Of a stretch of DNA of 64,000 bases, positions 1 through 10,676 are shown piece by piece (the stretch's first letter is position 1; each line of letters begins with the position of its first letter). The stretch is from Candidatus Latescibacterota bacterium (GTDB lineage Bacteria > Latescibacterota > UBA2968 > UBA8231). The position numbers and the translations under genes were made by a program. The notes under the pieces are model-generated. The model did not search any database, had not been told where the DNA came from, and was given only the letters and a program-made list of their open reading frames with translations. The stretch covers positions 2,176,001-2,240,000 of the forward strand of contig OZ252098.1 in NCBI GenBank assembly GCA_965248355.1. Reading direction: 5' to 3'.

Positions 1-461
1 ATGACATTGGCGCCGTAGTTGGTCAGGTACAGGTCCGCGTCGCCGTCGTTGTCGTAGTCGGCAAAGGCGCATCCCATGCCATGGCCCGGGTCGTCCACGC
101 CAGCGTCCCGCGCCGCCTCCACGAAGCGGCCGCCCTCGTTGCGAAACAGCGCATTGACTGGTCCCGGCGAGCCTTTGTACCCTGGGAATGCGGCGCCGTT
201 GACGAAGTATATGTCCAGGTCCTGGTCGCCGTCGAAGTCGACGAAACCAACCCCGGAACCCATGGTCTCCGGGAAGTAGCGCCGGCCGCTCGCCCCGGTG
301 ACGTGCCGGAAGTCGACCCCGACCGGCCCGGCCACGTCGACGTACTCGACCGCGGGAAGAGGAGGGGGTTGAGCGGCCCCTCCAGCGGGTGGGCCCAGGC
401 CCAGCACGGCCGCTATCCCCGCGCCGCTCAGGGCGCCCAGTGGTCGGCGCACGGGCTCCAT
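1..461 (-). CDS. CRTAC1/ASPIC-UnbV family FG-GAP repeat protein (5' part; runs off the window)
   Basis: Manual minus-strand translation from ATG 461: MEPVRRPLG...YFPETMGSGVGFVDFDGDQDLDIYFVN...GMGCAFADYDNDGDADLYLTNYG. Repeated DxDxDGDxD motifs after a signal-like N-terminus. Not in the ORF track because it is open-ended. Confidence 0.85.
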   Translation of the reverse strand, partial: MEPVRRPLGALSGAGIAAVLGLGPPAGGAAQPPPLPAVEYVDVAGPVGVDFRHVTGASGRRYFPETMGSGVGFVDFDGDQDLDIYFVNGAAFPGYKGSPGPVNALFRNEGGRFVEAARDAGVDDPGHGMGCAFADYDNDGDADLYLTNYGANV

Positions 462-494
462 CCTGAACAAGATACACAGCCCGAGGAGAGTGAC

Positions 495-2753
495 ATGACA
501 GAGCTCGATGACGGCAGACCGTTCGCCACCCTCGAAGGCGCCCGCGACGCGGTCCGGGAACTGAAGGCGGCCGCCGGCCTGCCTGCCGGCGGCCTGAGGG
601 TCCGGGTGCGCGGCGGGGTTCACGCCCTGGCGCGCGGCGTGCGCTTCGGCCCGGAGGACTCGGGCACGGCCGCGGCCCCCATCGTGTATGGCCCTGCCGA
701 GGGCGGGACGGTGCGCCTCCTGGGCGGCCGGCAGCTCGACCCGGCGGCGTGGACGCCGGTGATCGATCCCGCGGTCCGGGCCCGTCTGGCCGGGGCGGCC
801 AAGGAGCACGTCGTGCAGAGCGATCTGGCCGCCCAGGGCGTGACCGACCTCGGCGCTTTCGTCTCGCGCGGGTTCGGCCGCGAAACGGCACCGGCCCATC
901 TGGAGCTGTTCTTCGATGATCTGCCCATGACCGTGGCCCAGTGGCCCGATGCCGGGCAGTTCGCCGAGATCACCGGCTTCACCAAGCCCATGTCCAACGC
1001 GTGGGGCCAGGAAGCGGGGGACCTGACGGGCGGGTTCACCTACGACGGGGACCGGCCGAGTCGCTGGGCGCCGGCCGACGACATCTGGGTCCACGGGTAC
1101 TGGGCCTATGACTGGGCCAACTCCTACGAGCGGGTCAGCCGTCTCGATCCCGGGGACCGCCTGGTGGAGACCGCCCCGCCCCACGGCAACCACCACTTCA
1201 CCCCGGGGCAGCGGTTCTACTTCCTCAATGTCCTGGAGGAGCTCGACCAGCCCGGCGAGTACTACGTGGACCGGACCAGGGGCATCCTCTGCTTCTGGCC
1301 TCCGGGCGACCTGTCCGGGGCGGAGACCGTGGTATCGGTCGTGAGCGAGCCGCTGCTGGCGCTGCAGGACGTCAGCCACGTGGAATTCCGCGGCCTGACC
1401 GTGGAGGCGGGCCGCGGCAGCGGCATCGAGGCCGAGGGCGGCGAGGGACTGCGCATCACGGGCTGCACGATTCGCAACTGCGGCACCTGGGCCGTGCGGA
1501 TCGAGGGCGGAACCAACCACACGGTGGCCGGATGCGACATCTACGGCAGCGGCGACGGCGGCGTCAGCGTCAACGGCGGCGATCGCCCCGGTCTGACTCC
1601 CTGCAACCACGCCGTCGTCAACAACCACATCCACCACTTTGCGCGCTGGAGCCGGTGCTATGTCGCCGGCATCGGGGCTGGCGGGGTCGGCATGCGCTTC
1701 GCCCACAACCTGATCCACGACGCGCCGCACAATGCCATCCTGTTCTGGGGCAACGACTTCCTGATCGAGAACAACGAGATCTACCGGGTCTGCCTGGAGA
1801 CCGGCGACGCCGGGGCCATCTACACCGGCCGCGACTTCACCTACCGGGGCAACGTCATCCGCCGCAACTTCATCCACCACATGGGCGGCGTCGGCATGGG
1901 CACCATGGCCATCTACATGGATGACTGCGTCAGCGGCACCCACATAGCAGAGAATACGCTCTGGCGCTGCCAGACCGCCGTGGTGCTGGGCGGCGGCCGC
2001 GACTTCGCCGTCGAGCAGAACGTCTTCGTGGAGTGTCGTCTCGCCATCGGCGCCGACGCCCGCGGGATAGACACCAATCCGGTCTGGCAGAACAACATCA
2101 AGGGACTGCGGGAAAGCCTCGAGGCGATGCGCTACGACGAGCCCCCCTACAGCGTCCGCTATCCCGAGATCGCGGGGGTCGACCCGCACTATGCGGCGGG
2201 GAAGGGTGTGCCTCCGGAGCACAACCGGGTCGAGGGCAACGTCTGTTGGCACTCCCCCTGGATCGGCGAGCCCTGGCCGGCCGGGGCGGACAACGGCATT
2301 ACCGAGAAGGACAACCTGGTCGGGGACCCGGGATTCACGGACGAGGCCTTCGGGGTGCTGACCCTCGGCCCGGGGTCGCCGGCGCGGCGCCTGGGGTGCG
2401 GCGCGATTCCCCTCGACGAGATCGGCCTGGTCCGGGACGCCACCCGAGCCGCCGTGCCGCCGCGCGTGCGTACCGCCCTGGAACCGGGGCCGCCGCGGGG
2501 GGCCGGCGAGCCGGCCGGGCTGCGCCTGCGGTTGCGCAACGACGGCGCCGACCCGGCCCGGGGCACGGTCGTGGTGGAGACGAGCACCTCGGCCGACCCA
2601 ACCTCGACCGCCAGTGAGCGCTTCGATTACGCACTGGCTCCAGGCGAAGTCCTGGTCCGCGACCTGACCATCGACGCGTCCGGCGGCCGGACGGTGCGGA
2701 TCCACTCACCGGACAGCCGCCTGCAGCCGGGGCAGCTGGTCGTTGCCGAGTGA
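495..2753 (+). CDS. Right-handed parallel beta-helix protein (pectin-lyase-like fold, GH141-like) with C-terminal extension
   Basis: ATG 495 preceded by GAGGAG. RPFATLEGARDA, LDQPGEYY, NNHIHH, HNLIHDAPH, DAGAIYTG, IYMDD motifs. The ORF-track start at 81 overlaps the divergent gene and is rejected. Confidence 0.8.
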   Translation: MTELDDGRPFATLEGARDAVRELKAAAGLPAGGLRVRVRGGVHALARGVRFGPEDSGTAAAPIVYGPAEGGTVRLLGGRQLDPAAWTPVIDPAVRARLAGAAKEHVVQSDLAAQGVTDLGAFVSRGFGRETAPAHLELFFDDLPMTVAQWPDAGQFAEITGFTKPMSNAWGQEAGDLTGGFTYDGDRPSRWAPADDIWVHGYWAYDWANSYERVSRLDPGDRLVETAPPHGNHHFTPGQRFYFLNVLEELDQPGEYYVDRTRGILCFWPPGDLSGAETVVSVVSEPLLALQDVSHVEFRGLTVEAGRGSGIEAEGGEGLRITGCTIRNCGTWAVRIEGGTNHTVAGCDIYGSGDGGVSVNGGDRPGLTPCNHAVVNNHIHHFARWSRCYVAGIGAGGVGMRFAHNLIHDAPHNAILFWGNDFLIENNEIYRVCLETGDAGAIYTGRDFTYRGNVIRRNFIHHMGGVGMGTMAIYMDDCVSGTHIAENTLWRCQTAVVLGGGRDFAVEQNVFVECRLAIGADARGIDTNPVWQNNIKGLRESLEAMRYDEPPYSVRYPEIAGVDPHYAAGKGVPPEHNRVEGNVCWHSPWIGEPWPAGADNGITEKDNLVGDPGFTDEAFGVLTLGPGSPARRLGCGAIPLDEIGLVRDATRAAVPPRVRTALEPGPPRGAGEPAGLRLRLRNDGADPARGTVVVETSTSADPTSTASERFDYALAPGEVLVRDLTIDASGGRTVRIHSPDSRLQPGQLVVAE

Positions 2754-2758
2754 AGGCC

Positions 2759-3919
2759 ATGACGGATCGCGCGGGAAAAACCGCCCGCATCTTTTTTTCG
2801 TCGCAGGGCCGGACGGCGATGATGAACGCCGACGGCAGCGGCCTGCGGCACTTCGACTTCGACGTGCCGGACCAGGCGACCTGGCAGGTCTGTGGATTCT
2901 TCGCGGACGGCAGGGTCCTGTTTCTCAGCATGGAGCCCCGGCACGATGGACCGGGCCGGCCCTTCGAGGAGTACTACCACAGGACGCCCACGCACATCTG
3001 GATCTACGATCCGGAGCGGGACTCGCTGGAGGAGATCGCCACCCGCGAGCGTCTGGCCGTCTTCACGACGCCGCAGCTTCTGCTGAAGGACGGTCGCATG
3101 CTTGTGCAGGTCATCCGCGAGGACAAGACGGCCCAGACCTTCAGCGTGAACCTGGACGGCACGGATGCGCGCGAGGTGACGCGGGCGGACGAGGGCCTGC
3201 CGTACGGGCTCAGTCTCAGTCCGGACGGCCGCCGGCTGGCCTTCCACCTGGCCGGTCGATCCGGGTACCGGATATGGACCAGCGACGTGGATGGCGGGAA
3301 CCGCATCCTGGTGGCCGCCCACGAAGAGTACCTCTACTTCGGCCCGAGCTGGTCCCCGGACGGCGACTGGCTGGCGTACCAGGGCTGCCTCTACCGGCAG
3401 GACCCCGGGCACGACTGGTCCGACCTGTTCATCGGCCGCCCGGACGGCTCCGGGCAGCGAAGGCTGACGGAGGGGCAGGCGCTGTGGTTCGGGGCGACCT
3501 ACGGCTCTCCCGAGACCCGGGGGGGCGGTTCCAACATGCCCGTCTGGTCACGGGACGGGGGGATTCTGGTTTCGCACCGGCTGCCCGGTTCGAAGGTCGC
3601 CTGGGAGTACCAGCCGCAGCGTCCGGACACGGACCACTTCAACCGCGATTTCAAGCCGGATCTGGCCCGGGGCGGCACCGGGATCTGCCGGGTCGATCCG
3701 GGCGACGGCGCGATTGCGCGGCTCACCGGCTCGACCCCGCCGGTCTGGGACTTCCGGCAGAGCGAGTCTCCCGACGGCCGGCAGATGGTCTTCTGCCGGG
3801 CGGAAACCGGAGCGCCGCCGGCCCTCTGGGCGGCGGACGCGGACGGGCGGAATCAGCGGCTGCTCACCCGGGGAACAGACGGGCGGGGCGCGGATCACCC
3901 GCGGTGGGTGGAGCGCTGA
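2759..3919 (+). CDS. TolB-like (PD40) beta-propeller protein, no signal peptide
   Basis: Repeated SPDG/WSPDG/WSRDG motifs. Starts just after the upstream stop (GTG 2750 or ATG 2759). Confidence 0.75.
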   Translation: MTDRAGKTARIFFSSQGRTAMMNADGSGLRHFDFDVPDQATWQVCGFFADGRVLFLSMEPRHDGPGRPFEEYYHRTPTHIWIYDPERDSLEEIATRERLAVFTTPQLLLKDGRMLVQVIREDKTAQTFSVNLDGTDAREVTRADEGLPYGLSLSPDGRRLAFHLAGRSGYRIWTSDVDGGNRILVAAHEEYLYFGPSWSPDGDWLAYQGCLYRQDPGHDWSDLFIGRPDGSGQRRLTEGQALWFGATYGSPETRGGGSNMPVWSRDGGILVSHRLPGSKVAWEYQPQRPDTDHFNRDFKPDLARGGTGICRVDPGDGAIARLTGSTPPVWDFRQSESPDGRQMVFCRAETGAPPALWAADADGRNQRLLTRGTDGRGADHPRWVER

Positions 3920-3991
3920 GGGGCGTGGCGCCGGCGGCGAAGCTCAGGCGCCGCGACGAGCTCGACGAATTCAGATAGGGAGGGAGGGAGA

Positions 3992-4460
3992 ATGGTAAGG
4001 GTCGCCATGTTGAGTCGCTGGCATGTACATGCCGATGAGTGTGCCTCGCGCGTCGATGACGAAGAGCAGGCGCAGGTGGTTGCCGTCTGGGATGAAGAAC
4101 CCGGGCGCGGTCAAGGTTGGGCCAGCGAGCTCGGGGTCGGTTTCGAGGCCGATCCGGATCGCCTCCTGGCGCGAGATGACATCGATGCGGTGGCGGTTGC
4201 TGCGCCCACCAATATGCATCCCGAAGTGATGCTCAGAGCCGCACAGGCCGGTAAACACACGCATTCAGGCCCCGAATTGGTCCGGCCGCAATGACTGGGT
4301 GGAGCCGGAGAGATTGCCGGAACCGCTGTTGCATCCGGTCACCCAGTGGATCAACGGCATCACTCGGGACAGCCCGATCGACTATGGCCTGACCGAACTG
4401 ATGGAAGGGGCCTGCCGGGCCCACCGTGAGGGGCGGACCGTAACCTATCCGCTGGAAGAA
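3992..4460 (+). pseudogene. Gfo/Idh/MocA oxidoreductase remnant with large internal deletion
   Basis: N-terminal Rossmann part (WHVHA...VVAVWDEEPGRG...DIDAV...PTNMH...AAQAGKH) stops at 4294 before the EKP motif. The C-terminal part (LPEPLLHPVTQWING...LTELMEGA...EGRTV) follows in another frame. End coordinate is approximate. Confidence 0.75.
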
Positions 4461-4513
4461 CCACCCGCCGGCCAGGGCCCGGGCACGCCATCTCCCCGAG
4501 CCGCCGCGCGGCG

Positions 4514-6250
<1,737 letters not shown>

Positions 6251-6435
6251 CTGGGTCTCCGGAGGGATGGACGGAATGCGGATGGACATCGCCGGGGCGG
6301 TGAGCGAGGCGACCCTCGGGCCGGTCGATGACATGGGCAGGACCACGAAAGGCGCTGTCCGTGCCATGGTCAAGGGAACTCGACGGCGCGGCCTCCTTCC
6401 GTCGTATCTTTCGGTCAATCCTCCGGAAGCATGCC

Positions 6436-7487
6436 ATGCACACCGCTCTCCATATCTCCTGTCTCCTCCTCCTCGCATGGACGCTGCCGGGCTGCGACCG
6501 TGGCCGCGAAGCGGCGGCCGTCCCGTCGAGCTGGTCGCCCGGTCGGGGATCGAGGAGCCCTCGCTCTCCGTGCAGGCCGCGGAGGAGATGATCCTCGACG
6601 AGGAGGTGATCGCCCTGATCGGGCCCAACCGCTCCTCCCACGCGGTGGCCGTGGCGGAGACGGCCCAGCGCTACCGCCGGCCGATGATCACCACCGCCGC
6701 CACCAACCCGGATGTGACCAGGGCCGGCGACTTCGTCTTCATGGCGGCCTTCACCGATCTCTTCCAGGGGGGCGTCATGGCCCGGTTCGCCCGCGAGGAG
6801 CTCGGCCTGGACGGTGTCGCGGTGCTGACCATGCGCGGCGAGGTCTATACGGAGGGGGTATCCGAGATCTTCGTCTCCGGCTTCCGCGGTTCCGGCGGGA
6901 CGGTGGTGGCGGAGGAGTTCTTCGACCGGGGAGAGACCGATTTCACCGGGCCCCTGGGCCGCCTGGCCGCGGCGGGCCCCGGAGCGCTCTTCATCTCGGG
7001 GTTGGTGCCGCAGATCGCGCTGGTGACCCAACAGGCCAGGTCTCTGCCTGTCCTCGACCCGGAGGGTCTACCGGTGCTCTTCCTGGGAGCCGACTCCTGG
7101 GATCACCCCGACCTGCTGGCCCACCCGGCGGCCGAGCTGGAAGGCAGCTATTTCACCACCCACTTCTCGCCGCATGCGGACGAGCCGGGGGCCCGCGCCT
7201 TCGTCGACGCCTACAAGTCCCGGTACGGCGGCGCCCCCACCGGCGGGGACGCCGTGAGCTACGATGCCGTCAGGTTGCTGTCGCAGGCCGTGGAGCGGGC
7301 CGGCCGCCTCGACCCGGAGGCCATCCGGGCGCAACTGGCCGCCACCGGGAACTACGCCGGCGCCACCCGGATCGCCGGGTACGACGAGAACCGCCACCCC
7401 GCCAAGAGCGTGGTGATCATGACCCTTCGAGAGGGTGAGAAGGTCTTCCACCGGCAGATCGACCCGGACCCCTCGGAGGCTCCATAA
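6436..7487 (+). pseudogene. Branched-chain amino acid ABC substrate-binding lipoprotein (LivK/Peripla_BP_6), disrupted by a frameshifting deletion near 6510
   Basis: Lipoprotein signal MHTALHISCLLLLAWTLPGC is in one frame; the body GGRPVELV...IGPNRSS...ATNPDVT...ETDF...YDAVRLL is in another. The usual N-terminal 'IG...PLTG' segment is absent. Confidence 0.7.
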
Positions 7488-7509
7488 TCCGGCCGGAGAA
7501 CGCCGACCC

Positions 7510-8598
7510 ATGCGCATCCAGAGGATCGAGACCATCGAGCTGCAGCTGCCCTGGGGGCCGCCCGCCGACGGCGCCGCCCGCACCTGGACCGTGCATCGCA
7601 TCCACGCCGAGGGCGGCCTCGTCGGCATCGGCCGCGGCGGCAGCCGTGAGCTGATCGAGCGGCACCTGGCGCCCCTGCTGGTGGGCGAGGACCCGCGCCG
7701 CACGGCGCGGCTCTGGCAGAGGATGTACGACGCGGCCTGGGGTTTCGGCGGCCCGGGGCGAGCCGCCATGAGCAGCATCGGGGCCCTGGACGTGGCCCTG
7801 TGGGACCTCTACGGCAAGGCCTGCGGCGAGCCGGTGTGGCGCCTGCTCGGCGGCTGCCGGTCCCGCGTGCCGGCCTACGCCGACGGCATCGGCTACGCCG
7901 ACTCGACGGCCGAAGAGGTGGGGGCCCTGGTGGCGAAGCACGCGGGCCTGGGGTACCGGGCCGTCAAGTTCCACCTCACCTCACCGGAGCCGGAGGTCGC
8001 CCTGGCCAAGGTCGAGGCCGCCCGGCAGGCCCTGGGCCCGGACCGCCGCCTGATGATCGACGTCCGCCGGCTGTGGGACGGGCACCTGGCGGCCCGCATG
8101 GCCCGGGCCTTCGCGCCGCACGACCTCTACTGGATCGAGGAACCGGTTCGCGGGGACGACGAGCCCGGGGCGCTGCGCATGGTTCGCGAGGCGGCCGGCG
8201 GGGCCCTGCTGGCCGGCGGCGAGGGCGAGGGCACGATCTACGGGATCCGCCGGCTCATCGTCGAGGGGGGACTGCAGGTCGCCCAGAGCGACATCCTCAT
8301 CGGCGGCGGGTTCACGGGGCTGCTGCGGATCGCCGCCGTGGCCGAGTCCCACCACGCCCACGCCGCTCCCCACGGCGCCTCCTTCCCCGAGATCAACTGT
8401 CACCTGGTGGCGGCCGTGCCCAACGGCCTGATCATCCCCGCCTGCCCCCACACCGAGCCCTACCAGATCTGGTCGCGGCTCTACGATCCGCCCTTTGCGG
8501 TGACCGGCGGCCAGGTGCGGATGACCGACCGGCCCGGCCTCGGTCTCGACTTCGACGAGGCCTTCCTCGAGGAGTTCAGGATCGCGCCGGGGGCCTGA
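7510..8598 (+). CDS. Mandelate racemase/muconate lactonizing enzyme family (enolase superfamily) protein
   Basis: ALDVALWDLYGK, LLGG, KxH, LMID, WIEEP, GE and RPGLG motifs. Confidence 0.9.
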   Translation: MRIQRIETIELQLPWGPPADGAARTWTVHRIHAEGGLVGIGRGGSRELIERHLAPLLVGEDPRRTARLWQRMYDAAWGFGGPGRAAMSSIGALDVALWDLYGKACGEPVWRLLGGCRSRVPAYADGIGYADSTAEEVGALVAKHAGLGYRAVKFHLTSPEPEVALAKVEAARQALGPDRRLMIDVRRLWDGHLAARMARAFAPHDLYWIEEPVRGDDEPGALRMVREAAGGALLAGGEGEGTIYGIRRLIVEGGLQVAQSDILIGGGFTGLLRIAAVAESHHAHAAPHGASFPEINCHLVAAVPNGLIIPACPHTEPYQIWSRLYDPPFAVTGGQVRMTDRPGLGLDFDEAFLEEFRIAPGA

Positions 8599-9703
8599 CG
8601 GGCCCGGCGAAGAGCTCGCCGGGCAGGATGCTGCCGGTCTCGACGGCGTGCCGGTACTCGGGCAGCCCCTCGGTGGTGACCACGCCCAGGGCGGTGAAGT
8701 GCCCGCTCTCGCCGCTGGCCCCGCTGCGGTTGCCGCCGCTGTGTCCGCGCAGCCAGTCGGCGTCGATGACGCGCTCGCCCTTCCACAGGCCGCGGGTGGC
8801 GTTGAGGTGTCCGAAGCGCGCCAGGTCGGAGGCGCTGATCACCACCCACCCGGGTCCGCTGCGAACGACGTGGCCGCCGATCTCGTACGGCGGGTCGAGG
8901 TAGGTATAGCTGTCCGGGATCGTCGGGTAGAGGAACCTCCGGTCCTTGACCTCCCCCCCGGGCAGCCAGTCCCAGCGCCCGGCGGGGATGCCGATGGCGT
9001 CGAAGAGCCGCTCCTGCACCACGTCCTTGAGGTCCCGGCCCCAGGCCGCGGTCAGGGCCTGGCCCAGGCGCCAGAAGCCGGCGCTGCTGTAGAGGCCGAC
9101 GGTGCCCGGCTCGGCGTGGGAGTAGCAGTCGTGGAAGGGGTCCCCGGTCCAGTGGGCCCACCCGGGCACGCCGGGCACCGCGTCGGCCTCCTCGAGGCCG
9201 GTGCGCTTCTCCCGCCAGCGGTTGCCGATCTCGAAGGGGAAGCCGCCCCAGTGCACGCTCTCGTCGCGCCGTCCCACGAGGTGGCGCCAGGTCAGCCTCT
9301 CGTGGTGCCCGGCCGTCAGGTACTTGTGCGGATGGGACAGCTCGCCCTCGCCGGTCCAGGTCCGGTGGACGGGCTCGTCCGGGTCCAGCAGCCCATCGGC
9401 CACCGCCGCGCCCAGCACCACCCAGGTGAGGGCCTTGCCCACGGAGGCCGTCTGATGGCGGTAGTGGCGGTCCCCCCAGGCGTGCACGAGGTAGCCGCCG
9501 CGGGCGAGGACGGCGCCGTAGCGGTTGCCGCCGTGGTCCTCGCCCCCGAAGCGGGCGCCGCGCACCTCCAACCCGGCCAGCCAGCGGGCGAACCCCTCCG
9601 CGTCGAGGCCGGCCTGCTCCGGGGTGACCGACTGCCAGTCCTCCTCCGGGTAGGTGACCCAGCCGGGCACCTCGACCGTGTGCGTGGGGGCGATCAGGTC
9701 CAT
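8576..9703 (-). CDS. Serine hydrolase, beta-lactamase-like family
   Basis: SxxK (SVGK), PG...YSS, SASDLARFG and HSGG motifs. Start MDLIAP at ATG 9703. Confidence 0.8.
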   Translation of the reverse strand: MDLIAPTHTVEVPGWVTYPEEDWQSVTPEQAGLDAEGFARWLAGLEVRGARFGGEDHGGNRYGAVLARGGYLVHAWGDRHYRHQTASVGKALTWVVLGAAVADGLLDPDEPVHRTWTGEGELSHPHKYLTAGHHERLTWRHLVGRRDESVHWGGFPFEIGNRWREKRTGLEEADAVPGVPGWAHWTGDPFHDCYSHAEPGTVGLYSSAGFWRLGQALTAAWGRDLKDVVQERLFDAIGIPAGRWDWLPGGEVKDRRFLYPTIPDSYTYLDPPYEIGGHVVRSGPGWVVISASDLARFGHLNATRGLWKGERVIDADWLRGHSGGNRSGASGESGHFTALGVVTTEGLPEYRHAVETGSILPGELFAGPVRPPARS

Positions 9704-9905
9704 GGGGGAAAGCTGATTCCCCGGGGGTGGCCGCCGCAAGCCGGGCGAATCGCCCTGATCGACGACACCCAGAAGGTCCAGGGGTCGGTCACGAGCACGA
9801 TCCGCGGCATCCGGGGCTCCGGGCGTTGTCTCCCTCCGCGGCCCGGTCCTACACTTCCCGCGCCGCAGTCGGGGACAGCATGCGGCCACTCCCGGAGAGG
9901 AAGCG

Positions 9906-10676
9906 ATGCCCTCCAGCCCTCTGAACACCGACCCGGCGCGCTTCGGCGAGCTGGGATACTGCCTGTTCCCGGATGTCCTCAGCGCGGCCGAGGCCGAGGG
10001 CTTGCGGGACCTGCTGGAGGAGGCCCTGGCGACGCCGCTGCCCCAGCCGGGGGACCGCGCCATGGACCGGGACAGCTACGTCGGGGAGCCCCACGTGAGG
10101 GACCCGCGCTGGCTCGGGCTCTGCCGCCACCCCCGCGTCCTCGACGCCGTCGAGTCGATCCTGGGGCCGAACCTGATCCTCGTCTACTCGAGCGTCTTCA
10201 TCAAACAGCCCGGCTCCCCCGTGAAGGTGGGCAGCGTCCACGGAACCGACGTGGTCACCCTGTGGCTCGCCGTCGATCCCGCCGACGCCGCCAAGAGCGC
10301 CATGAAGGTCATCCCCGGCTCCCACCGCGGATGGCGCGAGCTGGAGACCGTCGACTCCGGCCAGGACCAGATGCTCAAGCGGAGCGTGCCGGTCTCCCCG
10401 GAGCAGGAGGCCTCGGCGGTGACCCTGGCCATGGGCGCCGGCAGCCTGTCGATCCACGATTCCTTCATCCTCCACGGCAGCGACGCCAACCGCAGCCGCC
10501 GCCGGCGCGCCGGGTACACGGTCCGCTACTGCAGCACCGACAGCGCCCGGGTCGACGTCGACAGCCATCCCCATCCCGTCTTCCTGGTGCGCGGCCGCTC
10601 CGGCCCCCGGGGGGAGCGCTACACCAGCCTGCTCCCCGGCGTGCAGCCCACCGCCGAGTTGCTGTCCTGCCCATGA
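9906..10676 (+). CDS. Phytanoyl-CoA dioxygenase (PhyH) family protein lacking the HxD motif
   Basis: F...GY, LDAVESILGP, FIK.PG, TLWLAVD, VIPGSH, LHGSDANRS..RR. No H-x-D/E anywhere in the ORF. Confidence 0.8.
   Translation: MPSSPLNTDPARFGELGYCLFPDVLSAAEAEGLRDLLEEALATPLPQPGDRAMDRDSYVGEPHVRDPRWLGLCRHPRVLDAVESILGPNLILVYSSVFIKQPGSPVKVGSVHGTDVVTLWLAVDPADAAKSAMKVIPGSHRGWRELETVDSGQDQMLKRSVPVSPEQEASAVTLAMGAGSLSIHDSFILHGSDANRSRRRRAGYTVRYCSTDSARVDVDSHPHPVFLVRGRSGPRGERYTSLLPGVQPTAELLSCP

Noticed and set aside
8648..10672. ORF-track 1217-aa protein ending in the TPP enzyme (similarly 28943..32203 and 18970..21516)
   Set aside because: Upstream parts are read-through across other genes. True starts are 10673, 30971 and about 20122, so these are not fusions.
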